NCBI GenBank assembly: GCA_052174495.1
Contig: JBQMRR010000044.1
Location: 56,425 to 120,424 of the forward strand
DNA length: 64,000 nt
Source: Arsenophonus sp. NC-TX2-MAG3
GTDB taxonomy: Bacteria; Pseudomonadota; Gammaproteobacteria; Enterobacterales; Enterobacteriaceae
Direction: 5' to 3'
Under the pieces are notes generated by a model. It searched no databases, was not told the DNA's origin, and saw only the letters and a list, made by a program, of their open reading frames with translations. Positions 1 through 12,644 of this stretch are shown here, piece by piece (the stretch's first letter is position 1; each line of letters begins with the position of its first letter). Position numbers and translations under genes: made by a program.

Positions 1-1184
1 TGAGCTAATGGATTAATAGGACGATCATTACCTTTTAGTCGTTTAGTTGAAGCATCGCTATTTACAGCAACAATCAAGCGATCACCTAACTTGCGGGCAT
101 TGGCTAAATAGATAACGTGACCAGCATGTAGGATATCAAAACAACCATTAGTTATCACAATCTTCTCGCCACGGCTACGAGCAGCAATAATTGCATGTTT
201 TAGTTGCTGCTCATTCATTACACCAAAACCATTATCAGTTCGGTTATGAATAGCATTCTCCAGCTCAACAGATGATACAGTTGAAGCACCCAGTTTTCCA
301 ACTACAACTCCAGCAGCAGCATTAGCTAAAATAGAAGCTTGATAAAAATCGACTTGAGTTGCTAAAGCTGTTGCAAAAACAGCAATAACTGTATCACCGG
401 CTCCGGTAACATCATAAACTTCCTGTGATTGAGTTAGTAAATGTAAAGGTGGTTTTTCGCGCTGCAGTAGGGTCATCCCTCTTTCTGAACGAGTGATCAG
501 CAATCCCTTGAGATTAAGGGAATAAATTAATTTCATTCCTTTTTGTTTAATTTCACTATTGCTACTACATTTGCCAACAATAGCTTCAAATTCAGACATA
601 TTTGGGGTTAATAAAGTAGCTCCGCGATAACGTTCAAAATCATTACCTTTTGGATCAATAAGTACTGGCACTTGAGCAGCATTTGCTAATGCAATGATCT
701 GCGAAATTTTTGCTAATGCACCTTTACTATAATCAGACAATATCAATACATCAACACTTGGTAAGGATTTCCCCATACGATCTAATAACGGCTTTATATC
801 AACACTATCAAATTTTTCTTCAAAATCTAGTCGAATAAGTTGTTGATTATGAGATATAATTCTTAGTTTAGAAATAGTGGGATGAGTTGATAATGAAATA
901 AAATCACAACATACATTGGCTTGAGTGAGTTTTTTAGTTAAAACTTTAGCATCATCATCAATACCAGTCAACCCTATCAGACGAACATTAGCGCCTAAAG
1001 TAGCAATATTCATAGCAACGTTAGCCGCACCACCAGGCCGTTCTTCTTTTATATCTACTTTAACGACTGGAACGGGCGCTTCTGGCGAAATTCGGTTAGT
1101 TAACCCATACCAATAACGATCTAACATAACATCGCCAATTACCAAAATACTAGCTTGTTTAAAATCAGGAAGAATAATTTTCAT
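1..1184 (-). CDS. hldE: Bifunctional heptose 7-phosphate kinase / heptose 1-phosphate adenylyltransferase HldE (5' part; runs off the window start)
   Basis: Not in the ORF track because its stop lies outside the window. Minus-strand ATG at 1184 with GGAG RBS reads [35 protein letters not shown], then PfkB-type [10 protein letters not shown] and cytidylyltransferase-type [31 protein letters not shown]. Confidence 0.95.
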   Translation of the reverse strand, partial: MKIILPDFKQASILVIGDVMLDRYWYGLTNRISPEAPVPVVKVDIKEERPGGAANVAMNIATLGANVRLIGLTGIDDDAKVLTKKLTQANVCCDFISLSTHPTISKLRIISHNQQLIRLDFEEKFDSVDIKPLLDRMGKSLPSVDVLILSDYSKGALAKISQIIALANAAQVPVLIDPKGNDFERYRGATLLTPNMSEFEAIVGKCSSNSEIKQKGMKLIYSLNLKGLLITRSERGMTLLQREKPPLHLLTQSQEVYDVTGAGDTVIAVFATALATQVDFYQASILANAAAGVVVGKLGASTVSSVELENAIHNRTDNGFGVMNEQQLKHAIIAARSRGEKIVITNGCFDILHAGHVIYLANARKLGDRLIVAVNSDASTKRLKGNDRPINPLA

Positions 1185-1259
1185 CCAGACTCCAATTATA
1201 AATAAATTACTAATTAACGATTACTAGCAATAGTAATACAGCTAACTCTCTCAAAAGGT

Positions 1260-2624
1260 GAATTATTAGAAATATGGTATATGATAGTTAAACTATTCTC
1301 CGTTCTGATACTTCGTGAACCCCCCTATTTCTATTTTTAACTTGAGGTTGTTTACCACCAGGATCAGCAGGAAAATTTCCTTACTAGTTTTAGATTTTTT
1401 GGGTAGATGAAATAGCTTAAATACCATTCAAAAGGTTCTTTTTGAACTAAATTACTTCGAGAAGTAGTTTCATAGCCTCATATTGTCGAGCAAAAGCTGA
1501 TATTGAAATTAGATTTATTGTTCTTATTGATACCCAGTGCGCTGATGGGAAACATGGAATGCCAGCCATTCTTCTCAATCTTTATCCAAGTTCTTCATCT
1601 CTGCAGGAGATATTCTCGCTGAAACTCCCTTCCAATAAAACATCAATGAGTTTATTAGCGGAATCGCAATTTTCTACTAGCTAAATTTTCTCTTAGAGAT
1701 TTTTATAGGATAAAAATAGCACATTAGTTATTTTATATCAAATAATATTGGTATTACGTACTCAGGAATATCTTTATTTTTATATTCAAAACAAAGCACT
1801 ATCTTCTCTAGCAAATATGGGAGATATGATTAAGCAACGTGCTCATCAGCTATTGAGAAGTTTTATCCAACTTACTTCTAACTCTCAATAACCATCTTCT
1901 AGCGAACGAACTTCTTAATATCCATGCGCAGTTCCGCCAATAATGAGCAGTGGTAAAAGCGATCAGTTTATCTGTAATCAGCACAAATATATATGAATCA
2001 GCCTAGAAATAAATATAGCTTCGTGTATCACTTAAATCATGGAAAGATCCATTGCCTATACTGTTAAAAGCATTTTTATTTCAGTTTGCTGATTGGGGTA
2101 TTAGCAGATAAACCATGTGATTTCATCGAGAAAAGGCCTATGACTTTTATTAAATCACCTGTGTATAAATGCTTCGCATATACAGGCTATGAGAGCAACT
2201 TTTTGCACTTTTTAGCTAAGACAAATAGCAACCGAGTTATTAAAGGATATTCCGTTGCCGCTACGATTCTTTTATCTTAGATACTTTCATCTCAACATTG
2301 GCAATACCAGTCTTTCTAGGTTGGGATATAGCAAATAACCGTTATAAAATGACGGATTCCTGCCAGTTAAGCAAGTCAGTGTTTACATGTTATCACAGCA
2401 ATGACTTCCAGCTCCGTCTCAATAGCAGTATCTATTAGCTACCCGTCCACTATTATGGATACATTCATTCAAGGGATAAGAAGTAATATCTGGTTTCTCA
2501 GATTAACCTATAGGCAGACTTTTCATAGCATATCATCTCTCTGTTGCTAAAATCATTCACAAAATCAATTAACGACATACGCCACTTATCTTAAAACTAC
2601 ATATATTAAAAATGAGCATAATTC
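1260..2624 (-). mobile_element. Degenerate IS256-family element (copy 1)
   Basis: Colinear with the other IS256 copies; terminal motifs GAATTATTAGAAATATGGTATATG at 1260 and CATATATT..GCATAATTC ending 2624; transposase frame broken by many stops. Confidence 0.8.
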
Positions 2625-3245
2625 CAAAAAGATACGTTGACGATAAAGGCTGATAAATAACTCTATACTGAATAGTATTTCAGTAAACTAGACGATATAG
2701 GAACGTAAAGGTTAAGGAAGTTGATAACAGTAATAATAGTTATCAGTTATTAGACTAGTTTTCTATTCAATAATCTAATTTGATTGATAAGAGAGAACTT
2801 TTAAGAAGTTACTATATATAAATAGTATATTAATTATTCGCTTTCATATAAGATATTAATATTTTACATAACTGATAAAATATCAAACAGGAAATGTTTT
2901 AATGTTGTAACCCATAATGGGGTTGGCGTTAGTTTTTATATTTGCTTGCTAAAATTAATGAAGCCACTGATTGTAAAAATGTTGAAGTAATTCTAGATTT
3001 TTAAAAAAAATCTTCAGGTATTTTAATATCTTTAACTCGATGTTATTCCTATAAACTATCTATTATTCAAAAAGTATGAATTCAGACTTAGTAGAAATTC
3101 CAGCACTTATTTTAACACGACAATTTTTTATTTTCATTTTATCAATTAACTGTTTGTCTTGGTAAAAAAGACAGCAACGAAATCTTTGTCGGTGTAAATT
3201 TTTCTTTTTACGTAATTTTCTAAGACGACAATAAAACAGTACCAT
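2625..3245 (-). pseudogene. cobB: Sirtuin NAD-dependent deacylase CobB pseudogene, truncated by IS256
   Basis: ORF 3063-3245 (..RLRKLRKKK..FYQDK..ISAGISTKS) resembles the CobB N-terminus. Downstream frames give DSL*E*HRVKDIKIPEDF, QHFYNQ and CYQLP*PLRSYIV*F, matching DGLWEEHRVEDVATPEGF / QAFYN / CCQFPAPLRPHVVWF. Expected position after lolE. Confidence 0.85.
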
Positions 3246-3330
3246 TGTAAGAATATCCTTTTCATCTTAGCTAACTCATTTTTAATTAAACAATCGTTAC
3301 TTTTAGATAATTATAACAAAATAATAATTA

Positions 3331-4593
3331 TTATTTCCCAGTTAAAATTCGCGCCGGATCTATTTTTGTTGCCCGTTTAGCTGGATACCAACTAGCAAGT
3401 AAACTTAAAATTAATGTTGTTAATATGACACAAAATACATCGATAATCTGGAGCTCAGAGGGTAAAAAATCAATAAAATAAATATCACCTGATAAAATAG
3501 GATGATTAATAATATTTTCTATATATTTAATAATAGTCGTTAAATTTAGTGATATAAAAATCCCAACTAACATACCAATAAAACATCCAATCATCCCCGT
3601 TATTAATCCATACCATAAAAAAATAGCTCGAATAAAACTATCTTTAGCACCAAGTGTTCTCAACACTGCAATATCGGTTTTTTTATCTTTTACTGCCATC
3701 ACCAGCGTAGAGACAATATTAAAACAGGCAACACCAATTACTAAAATCATGGTAAGATACATTATGCCACGCACCATTTGAATATCGCTATACATGTAAC
3801 CATAATCTGTTATCCAACTTTTAATAGTGACATAATGGCCAGTATTTATGCCGGCATCATAAACTACTTTATTAGCAGCAAAAATATCATTCACGCTGAT
3901 CTGAAAACCGGTAACACTATCACCATAGGATAAGTATTGTTGTGCATCTTGCAGTGGTACTATTGCTAAATGATGATCTAACATACCATTTAATTTTAAT
4001 ATGCCAATAACTGTAACACTAATTCGATTTAGTTGTTGAATACCTAATTTATCATCATGATTAGAGATCATAATGGTAATATGATCTCCAGGTGAAACTT
4101 TTAATATTTTTGCGATGCCTTGACCTAAAATAATTTCGTTATTACCTAGTTTTAATTTTCTCCATGCATCATTTAAGATAAAATCAGGTAACGAACTAAC
4201 TGAGCGCTCTGACGATAAATCAACACCGGCTACTTGTATTGCTTTCAATGTACCCCCTTTTTCTATCAACCCAGTAAAATTAATATAAGGTGATACACCA
4301 ACAACCCCTGGAGTTTGTCGAACCTTAGCTAAATCAGCTTGCCAATTTAAATAAGGCTGATTAACTACCGCAATTTGTCCATGAGGGACAACTGAAAGTA
4401 TGCGATTTTTTAATTCACGTTCAAAACCATTCATTGCACTTAAACCGATAATTAACACTGCAACACCAAGCGCAATACCTAATATAGAAATAATCGATAT
4501 CAATGAAACTAAGCTTACTCTTTTTTTGCCTTGGCTAAAACGAATAGCAATCTTTAAAGCACGAAGTAATTCCGCCATAATTATGCTGTTCAC
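3331..4593 (-). CDS. lolE: Lipoprotein-releasing ABC transporter permease LolE
   Basis: 420 aa; [25 protein letters not shown] and [16 protein letters not shown]; third gene of lolCDE. True start may be the ATG at 4578. Confidence 0.95.
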   Translation of the reverse strand: MNSIIMAELLRALKIAIRFSQGKKRVSLVSLISIISILGIALGVAVLIIGLSAMNGFERELKNRILSVVPHGQIAVVNQPYLNWQADLAKVRQTPGVVGVSPYINFTGLIEKGGTLKAIQVAGVDLSSERSVSSLPDFILNDAWRKLKLGNNEIILGQGIAKILKVSPGDHITIMISNHDDKLGIQQLNRISVTVIGILKLNGMLDHHLAIVPLQDAQQYLSYGDSVTGFQISVNDIFAANKVVYDAGINTGHYVTIKSWITDYGYMYSDIQMVRGIMYLTMILVIGVACFNIVSTLVMAVKDKKTDIAVLRTLGAKDSFIRAIFLWYGLITGMIGCFIGMLVGIFISLNLTTIIKYIENIINHPILSGDIYFIDFLPSELQIIDVFCVILTTLILSLLASWYPAKRATKIDPARILTGK

Positions 4594-5285
4594 ATTAATA
4601 TTGAATCATCTTGTAAGTAACCATCCCGTATTTCCAGTTGACGAGTTAAACGACAGGCAAGTCGCAAATCATGAGTTACAACTAAAAATGCTGTCCCTTT
4701 TTGTCTATTAAGATCCATTAATAAATCAAAAATAATATCTACATTTTGTAAGTCTAAATTACCTGTCGGTTCATCTGCTAACACTAAAGCAGGTTCGTTA
4801 ACAATTGCACGAGCAATTGCAACTCGCTGACGTTCACCGCCAGATAATTCAGCCGAGCGATGATTAACTTGATGCGATAAAGCTACTGCTGCTAACATTT
4901 CATTAGCTTTATGCTGAGCTTTAACACGTGTCATTCCGCCAATTAATAATGGCATCATCACATTTTCTAATGCAGTAAAATCCGGTAATAAATGATGAAA
5001 TTGATAAATAAATCCCAATTTTTTATTCCGTAGTTCAGCTCTATCATTGGTAGAAAGTAAGGTAATTTTTTTACCATCAAAAATAATATTACCGCTACTT
5101 GGCGTATCTAATCCGCCTAATAAATGCAGAAGTGTACTCTTTCCAGAACCTGAGCTACCTAGAATTGCCGTCATTTCACTTTTATTAATTGATAATGAAA
5201 TATTTTTAAGAACATTAGTTAAAATTTTGCCATCTTGATAAGATTTACAGAGGTCTTGGCAAACTAATAGTGGGGAATTATTCAT
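4590..5285 (-). CDS. lolD: Lipoprotein-releasing ABC transporter ATPase LolD
   Basis: Walker [36 protein letters not shown] at 5285 (MNNSPLL) overlaps the lolC stop; the ORF-track start at 5321 is probably too long. Confidence 0.96.
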   Translation of the reverse strand: MNNSPLLVCQDLCKSYQDGKILTNVLKNISLSINKSEMTAILGSSGSGKSTLLHLLGGLDTPSSGNIIFDGKKITLLSTNDRAELRNKKLGFIYQFHHLLPDFTALENVMMPLLIGGMTRVKAQHKANEMLAAVALSHQVNHRSAELSGGERQRVAIARAIVNEPALVLADEPTGNLDLQNVDIIFDLLMDLNRQKGTAFLVVTHDLRLACRLTRQLEIRDGYLQDDSILM

Positions 5286-6480
5286 AACGCAAAGCTTCTG
5301 CAGGTTGAATGGTAGCTGCACGCCAAGATGGATAAAGGGTGGCTAATAATGAGATAGCGATTGAAGATAACACAATTAATATAATACGGGAAGGATCAAT
5401 AGATATTGGTAATTCGATACCTTTAGCTAATAAACCAAGCATAGGCATTATTATATTAAGCTGGCTTGTAATAAATAGACCTAATACTGTTCCAATGATG
5501 CTACCAATGATTCCTGTCGCTGCTCCTTGAAGGATAAAAATAGCCATAATCTGGCTTCGTTTTAAACCTAAAGTCTGTAAAATCCCCCCTTCAGACTCCT
5601 TTTCCATAACTAAAAATGAAAGTGAAGTAACAATATTAAATGCTGCTACGGCAATAATGAGACTCAATAATAATCCCATCATATTTTTTTCCATTTTTAC
5701 TGCCTGAAAAAATTCACCTTTTCGTTCACGCCAATCCTGCCATATCATACCTGCCGGTAACGCTTGTTGACACAAGCTATCAACAGTTAATGGTGCGTTA
5801 AGATAAAGACGCCAACCAGTAATATTACCGATCGGATAACGCATTAATCGTGCTGCATCTAGCTGATTAACTAATAATTCATTATTGTCGGCTTCACCTT
5901 GGGTAGCAAAAAATCCAGCTACTGTAAATAAATGTTGACTTGGTATTCTGCCAATTGGCGTAAGCTCACTAACAGCAGGGATAATTAATCTCAATTGATC
6001 CCCTCTCCTTAGATTTAGTTGTTCAGCTAGTTTTAAGCCTAAAATAACATGATAACTACCAGCAGTTAGCACTGAAGAATCAACATCTTGCAGATGATTT
6101 AATAAAGGCTCACTCGATGTTTCATCAACACCAATCATGACCGCAATCCCTATATTTTGCCTACTTTGCAATATAACATCACTTTCCACAATTGGAGCAA
6201 TGTTTTCGATTCCTTGCAGATAGGTTATATTTTTTGCAGGATACTGACTTGGGTTGAGATTACCTTCATGTGTCGTTAAAATAACCTGTGGCATATATGT
6301 TAAAATACTCTGTTGCAATGAATGTTCAAAACCATTCATAACAGCGGTGACGGTAATTAATGCCATAATGCCTAATGTAATGCCAATTGTAGATAAACTC
6401 GATACGAACCGACCAAATCGGTCGCCTGTTTGTCCACGCATATAACGTAGACCAATATAAAAGATAACAGATTGAGACAT
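5278..6480 (-). CDS. lolC: Lipoprotein-releasing ABC transporter permease LolC
   Basis: 400 aa; [47 protein letters not shown]; divergent from mfd. Confidence 0.96.
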   Translation of the reverse strand: MSQSVIFYIGLRYMRGQTGDRFGRFVSSLSTIGITLGIMALITVTAVMNGFEHSLQQSILTYMPQVILTTHEGNLNPSQYPAKNITYLQGIENIAPIVESDVILQSRQNIGIAVMIGVDETSSEPLLNHLQDVDSSVLTAGSYHVILGLKLAEQLNLRRGDQLRLIIPAVSELTPIGRIPSQHLFTVAGFFATQGEADNNELLVNQLDAARLMRYPIGNITGWRLYLNAPLTVDSLCQQALPAGMIWQDWRERKGEFFQAVKMEKNMMGLLLSLIIAVAAFNIVTSLSFLVMEKESEGGILQTLGLKRSQIMAIFILQGAATGIIGSIIGTVLGLFITSQLNIIMPMLGLLAKGIELPISIDPSRIILIVLSSIAISLLATLYPSWRAATIQPAEALRYE

Positions 6481-6672
6481 TAAATCTAATATACCTCTGT
6501 TGCCAAAGCAAAATATTTGGCGATAATAAATGGTAGCTTACTGAATAAAATTATTTTAAGTCAACGTTTTATGATTTTTTATATCTATCTTAACAGATTA
6601 GACTATTTTCTTTTGTTTTAGTATTAATAAAATAAGTATTACAATTTTAATAATGAGAATTAATTAATCCTT

Positions 6673-9600
6673 ATGTCGGCAAAATATTATTATCAACTAC
6701 CCAAACAGCAAGGTGATATTCGCCATTTGGGGTGTCTAATTGGCGCAGCAGCCTCTATTGAGTGTGCTGATATTGTCAAACGACATCCAGGTCTTGTTGT
6801 ATTAATCACTCAAGATACACATAATGCCTTAAAATTATATAATGAAATACAACAATTTTCACAGAATTCAGTGACAATGTTTTCGGATTGGGAAACGTTA
6901 CCATATGATAATTTTTCACCACATCAAGAAATTATTTCAACGCGTTTAATTAATCTTTATCGACTGCCAACTTTGACAAAGGGTTTATTAATTATTCCGG
7001 TTAATACATTAATGCAAAAAGTTTGCCCTGCTGATTTTTTAATCAGCAATGCACTGGTTATCCATAAGGGAAATAAGCTTTCACCTGAAAAATTACGTAA
7101 TAATCTTGATAAAGCCGGTTATCGATATGTTGAACAAGTACTCGAACATGGTGAGTATACTATTCGTGGATCGTTACTTGATCTTTTTCCAATGGGCAGT
7201 AATGATCCATATCGAATTGACTTTTTTGATAATGAAATTGATAGCTTAAGAACTTTTAATGTTGATAGTCAATTAACTATCAGCGAAATTGAGCAAATAA
7301 ATTTACTACCCGCTCATGAATTCCCAATAGATGATAAAGCTATTGAATTATTCCGTAGGCAATGGCGTAAATATTTCGATATACGACGTGACCCTGAACA
7401 TATCTATCAACAAATTAGTAAAAAAATAGTGCCACTAGGAATTGAATATTGGCAACCTCTTTTTTTCAATCAGCCACTATCTTCTTTATTTGATTACTTC
7501 CCTCCTGATACTTTATTGATAACGCAAGATTTAGTAGCAATGGCTAATAGATTTTGGACTGATACTTATCAGCGCTATGAAAGTCGAAATGTTGATCCAA
7601 TGCGTCCGCTACTACCGCCTGATATGCTTTGGTTAAATAGCGAACAGCTCAATCAAACCCTTAAGACATGGCCATGTATTAAAATTTCAATTGAACCGGT
7701 TGCTCAAAAATTAGGTAATACTAATCTACCCTATTCAGCTTTACCCGATTTAAGTATCAGTCAGAAAAATAAAGCCCCGCTTCATAAGCTAGATGAGTTT
7801 AGCAGAAATTTTGCTGGTCGAATTATTTTTTCTGTAGAAAGCCCAGGACGACGTGAAATAGTACAGGAGCTACTAGCACAGATAAAAATTAACCCTATTA
7901 AGATTAAAACTCTGAATAAAACTAATAATGCAGGTTTTTATATCACAGTAGGTGCTGCTGAACAAGGTTTTGCTAATCAGGATCAACAAATAGCCCTCAT
8001 TTGTGAAAGCGATATTTTAGGTAAGCGGGTTATTCAACGTCATACTAAACAATATAAAACAATTAATATTGACCTATTAATCCGTAACTTGGCTGAATTG
8101 CGACCAGGACAACTTGTTGTTCACCTTGAACATGGGGTTGGACGTTATGAAGGTTTAACCACTTTAGTCGTAAGCGGTATTCAAGCTGAATATTTGATGC
8201 TCACTTATGCTGGCAACGATAAACTTTACGCTCCGGTTTCATCGCTGAATTTAATTAGTCGTTATAGTGGAAGCAGTGATGAAAGTGCACCATTACATAA
8301 ATTAGGTAGTGATGTTTGGGCTAAAGCAAAACAAAAAGCAGCTGAAAAAATTCGCGATGTTGCAGTAGAGCTATTAGATTTTCATGCTCAGCGAAGCATA
8401 AAGCCAGGTTTTGCTTTCAAGCATGATAAAATGCAATATCAGCTTTTTTGCCAAGATTTCCCCTTCGAAACAACAGTTGATCAAGAACAGGCAATTAATT
8501 CTGTTTTAAATGATATGTGCCAACCCATTACTATGGATCGTTTAGTTTGCGGTGATGTGGGTTTTGGTAAAACTGAAGTGGCTATGCGAGCAGCATTTTT
8601 AGCAATAACTAATAACCAACAAGTTGCTGTATTAATACCAACAACCCTACTAGCACAACAACACTTCGATAATTTTCTTGACCGTTTTGCTAATTGGCCA
8701 GTACGGATTGAAATGCTATCACGTTTTCGTAGTAATAAAGAACAGCAACAAATTATTAACGCAGTAGCTGAAGGTAAAGTGGATATCTTAATTGGTACTC
8801 ATAAATTACTACAAAGTGATTTCCGTTGGAAATCACTTGGATTATTAATTGTTGATGAAGAGCACCGTTTTGGTGTTCGCCAGAAAGAGTTAATTAAATC
8901 GATACGAGCTAATGTTGATATTCTAACATTAACGGCAACACCTATTCCTAGAACGCTTAATATGGCAATGAGTGGGATGCGTGATCTATCGATTATTGCT
9001 ACTCCGCCTTCTCGTCGATTATCCATTAAGACCTTTGTTCGTCAATATGATGATTTAATTGTACGGGAAGCAATTTTGCGGGAAATATTACGTGGTGGGC
9101 AAGTTTATTATCTATTTAATGATGTAAAACATATTGAAAAAGCCAAAGAACGTTTGGTATCACTAGTATCTGAAGCGCGTTTTGTTATTGCTCATGGAAA
9201 AATGCGTGAAAGAGATTTGGAACGTGTTATGACTGATTTTCATCATCAGCGTTTCAATGTATTAATTTGTACCACTATTATTGAAACGGGAATCGATATC
9301 CCTACTGCTAATACTATTATTATTGAACGTGCAGATCATTTTGGTTTAGCACAATTGCATCAATTGCGTGGTAGGGTTGGTCGCTCTTATCATCAAGCTT
9401 ATGCTTATCTCTTAACACCACACCCGAAAGCTATGACGGATGACGCACAAAAACGACTTGAAGTGATCGGAGCCTTAGAAAATCTTGGTGCGGGCTTTGC
9501 ATTGGCTACCCATGATTTAGAAATTCGTGGTGCTGGAGAGTTGCTTGGTAAAAAACAAAGCGGACAGATAAATACCATCGGATTTGCACTTTATATGCAA

Positions 9601-10113
9601 CTTCTTGAAAACGCTATTGAGGCTTTAAAGCAAGGCAAGGAACCTTCTTTAAAAGAGCTCACCAGTCAACAGACTGAAATTGAATTAAGAATGCCTGTAC
9701 TATTGCCGGATGACTATATTACCGATGTGAATCTCAGATTATCTTTTTATAAAAGAATAGCTAGTGCCAAAAATAGCAATGAATTAGATGAGTTAAAAAT
9801 TGAACTTATTAATCGTTTTGGTAAGTTGCCTGATTCTTGTAAGCAATTACTGCAAACTACTGATATCCAGATGCATGGACAAACATTAGGTATTAAACGA
9901 ATAGAAGCTAATGAAAAGGGGGGATTTATTGAATTTAGTAATCAAAATAAAGTAAATCCAACTTTTCTTATTGAGTTATTACAAAACTCAGCTGATATCT
10001 ATCGACTAGATGGGCCTAATAAATTAAAATTTATTAAACCACTAATTAATTATGCTGAAAGGCTTGCTTTTATTAGGAAGTTAATAACTAATTTTCAGTT
10101 ACATCAAGTATAA
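6673..10113 (+). CDS. mfd: Transcription-repair coupling factor Mfd
   Basis: 1146 aa; DWETLPYD, CGDVGFGKT, DEEH, TATPIPRT, QLRGRVGR, TRCF C-terminal domain. Confidence 0.98.
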   Translation: MSAKYYYQLPKQQGDIRHLGCLIGAAASIECADIVKRHPGLVVLITQDTHNALKLYNEIQQFSQNSVTMFSDWETLPYDNFSPHQEIISTRLINLYRLPTLTKGLLIIPVNTLMQKVCPADFLISNALVIHKGNKLSPEKLRNNLDKAGYRYVEQVLEHGEYTIRGSLLDLFPMGSNDPYRIDFFDNEIDSLRTFNVDSQLTISEIEQINLLPAHEFPIDDKAIELFRRQWRKYFDIRRDPEHIYQQISKKIVPLGIEYWQPLFFNQPLSSLFDYFPPDTLLITQDLVAMANRFWTDTYQRYESRNVDPMRPLLPPDMLWLNSEQLNQTLKTWPCIKISIEPVAQKLGNTNLPYSALPDLSISQKNKAPLHKLDEFSRNFAGRIIFSVESPGRREIVQELLAQIKINPIKIKTLNKTNNAGFYITVGAAEQGFANQDQQIALICESDILGKRVIQRHTKQYKTINIDLLIRNLAELRPGQLVVHLEHGVGRYEGLTTLVVSGIQAEYLMLTYAGNDKLYAPVSSLNLISRYSGSSDESAPLHKLGSDVWAKAKQKAAEKIRDVAVELLDFHAQRSIKPGFAFKHDKMQYQLFCQDFPFETTVDQEQAINSVLNDMCQPITMDRLVCGDVGFGKTEVAMRAAFLAITNNQQVAVLIPTTLLAQQHFDNFLDRFANWPVRIEMLSRFRSNKEQQQIINAVAEGKVDILIGTHKLLQSDFRWKSLGLLIVDEEHRFGVRQKELIKSIRANVDILTLTATPIPRTLNMAMSGMRDLSIIATPPSRRLSIKTFVRQYDDLIVREAILREILRGGQVYYLFNDVKHIEKAKERLVSLVSEARFVIAHGKMRERDLERVMTDFHHQRFNVLICTTIIETGIDIPTANTIIIERADHFGLAQLHQLRGRVGRSYHQAYAYLLTPHPKAMTDDAQKRLEVIGALENLGAGFALATHDLEIRGAGELLGKKQSGQINTIGFALYMQLLENAIEALKQGKEPSLKELTSQQTEIELRMPVLLPDDYITDVNLRLSFYKRIASAKNSNELDELKIELINRFGKLPDSCKQLLQTTDIQMHGQTLGIKRIEANEKGGFIEFSNQNKVNPTFLIELLQNSADIYRLDGPNKLKFIKPLINYAERLAFIRKLITNFQLHQV

Positions 10114-10199
10114 ATTAATTTATCGCTTCTTATTTTGGTTACAACGAAAAGCCGATGGTTAATATCAAATCTAGTATTATTAATGATGATCGATATAAA

Positions 10200-10727
10200 T
10201 TAGTTATTCTTTCTAGAAATAATATGATATATTATTGAATAATTCAGGTTTAACTTTGAAGCAATTTTTGTAGATTGCAATGGAATTTTATTAATCAATA
10301 CTGATTTGCTAATTTCTAAATTGTATAACTAATTATATCGATGCAGAGTGATCTAAGATCTTAACAAAAATTAAAATGATAGTTTTAGTCTATTTTCCAT
10401 GCAACATTGAATCGATAAATCAGATCATTCGTTTTAGTATCTATCGGCAGATTAAGTCTGTGAGCTATATCAAGCTTTGCATAGAATAGTTAAATTTCTT
10501 TTTCCGGTGATTAACTTTTTTCTTAATCTAAGAAAAGATCTTTAAATTCATTACATTGTTTTTAAATTTTTAATGAAAAGCCATGAATATATTCGGTTAA
10601 GATCATCTAAAAGCATTGAGCATTAATCACGGTCTTATAAGACGAATAAGAAACTACTGAATAGTTCGATCTGTATCTACAAAAAGATAATGTCGTAAAG
10701 TTTTGATCGATATTTTATAAATATATT
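10200..10727 (-). mobile_element. IS481-family transposase remnant, 3' half (split by IS256 copy 2)
   Basis: Minus frames give ..HYLFVDTDR.. (cf. RYLFVAIDR) and a tail matching the KDWxKVKPELF family end. Confidence 0.8.
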
Positions 10728-12131
10728 AAATTTTAGAAATTTGTGTATCACTATCAGGCTAGATTTCACTCTGATATTTTGTAAATCTGTTTTATCCTTA
10801 GAAAAGACGCTGTTGACTACCAGCGTCAACCAGGTCAAATTCTCTTAGCCTTGGTTCTAACTTTTTTTGAATAGACTGTGGAAACTTAAATAGTATTGAA
10901 ATAGTTAATTTTTGAACTACAACGCTTCGAGATCGGCTCCGCATTCTCACTGTCAAAAAGCAGATTCAATTGGATTTGTTATTTTTATTAATGTGTGCCT
11001 AGTACACTGACAGACAGTCGTAAGGTGTCAGTCGTTTTTTTTTATTTTCTCCAATATTCTCATCGCTTCAGAATACCGCTGAAAACCTTTCCAACAAAGC
11101 ATTAAACGATTTATTAGCGACAAACGGATTTCTCTGCTAACCGGAATTTCCGGCAAGAGTTCTATCTTGATTTTTGATGCTGCATGCTTTTAGAGAGTGA
11201 AACTAACATATTAGATGCTTTATGTACCACTAAACAGCATTTACTCTGTATCCCAAGGTTTATATCTTGATCATTGGCATTTTAAAAATCAAGAGGATAC
11301 CGTCTTCCGTAGGAAACATGGAAGTACAGTTTTAACCACGTGTTCGCGGTTATCTAGAAGATCAGACAAACGCACTTCTAACACTCGATAAGCATTTTTA
11401 ATCGCAATTCCCTTTTTCATATCTATATGCAGTGCTACCAATATTAATTAGAAGGCGAAGGCGATCAGCTTACCTAACAGAATGACATATGCTTTCAGCT
11501 AAGAAATAAATGTAACACATATCCCTTAAGCCCATGCAGTTAATATTATAAATGCTCCTTAAGGCATTGCTGTTTCAGTTTGCTGATGATATTGACAGAG
11601 AAGATCATGTGCTTTTCATCGATAAGCACTTCAAGGGGCTTTGTAAAAATCACTAGTTGAGATACCTCTCATATACACAGCTTATGGTAAAACAACTCTT
11701 CGTCTATTTTTATGCAATTCAGATAGGGCAGCAGCAAGATCTTGAAGGATATTCTATCGCCACTGCTACCCCCTAAATCTTAGGCACTTAATCTTAATAT
11801 CCTCACAATACTAATTTTATAGGTTCGCTACGACAAATAACCGTTACGCTCGACGAGTATAGACATGCCCGTCTACAAGTTGCGTTCATGATGTTATCGC
11901 AGGATTGTTTTAGAGCTCATCTTTAAAAAGAGTGCCTATCAGCTCCCAGTAGTATTACAAATAAATGCATGCAATGGATCACAGGTAATATCTAATTTTG
12001 TGGATACCTATAGAGTAGGTTTTCATAGCATATCATCGCATATCATCTCTCTGTTGTTAAAGTATTTAATAAAATAATAAGCAGGATACGCATCATCTCC
12101 GAAATTCTATGCACTAGAATTATCATAACTT
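10728..12131 (-). mobile_element. Degenerate IS256-family element (copy 2), full length with 8-bp target duplication
   Basis: Decayed RNGYL, TNPIESAF and KD(G) motifs; flanked by AATATATT (10720-10727) and AAGATATT (12132-12139). Confidence 0.9.
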
Positions 12132-12620
12132 AAGATATTTATATCTAGGGTGCAGATAACTAAGTTTTTAGTTTTTAAACGATTTATGGCACGGCTTTGC
12201 AGGATTCTTTCTTCATTTCACGGAAACCTTTCCTAGTAAACGTAAACAGCAATCCAGATCAGATAGAGATAGAATGGAGTTTAGGAATTCGCATACGACT
12301 GCTAGCAGATTCGTCGAGAGAGAAAAATTTTTCACAGAAAATAACTACGACCTTTAATCTTGTTAAAGAGTCGTAGGCAAATGATAAGGAATATAGCTAT
12401 GTTTATCAAACATTATCTCGTTTTCTCTTTATGAAAAGAAAATTCGGAGATATCTCATAATACTTAGTCAAAGTAGATAGAGGCTCTTTGCTAGTTTAAA
12501 GAGCAACACTGATTTTAGGTGTTGTAGTTATTTGAAGATAGAGTCTTCTTATGAAGTTTCTCTTAATCACACCCTCTTAGTAGTTATCTATTCTATGAAT
12601 AGAAGTGCAACGAGGGTCTA
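12132..12620 (-). mobile_element. IS481-family transposase remnant, 5' half
   Basis: Contains CTCTCGACGAATCTGCTAGCAGTC..GCGAATTCC (LPLDDLLAVVREFL region), shared with the copies near 51140, 58690 and 63910. Confidence 0.85.
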
Positions 12621-12644
12621 TTATAATTAATCGGAACTAAACAG

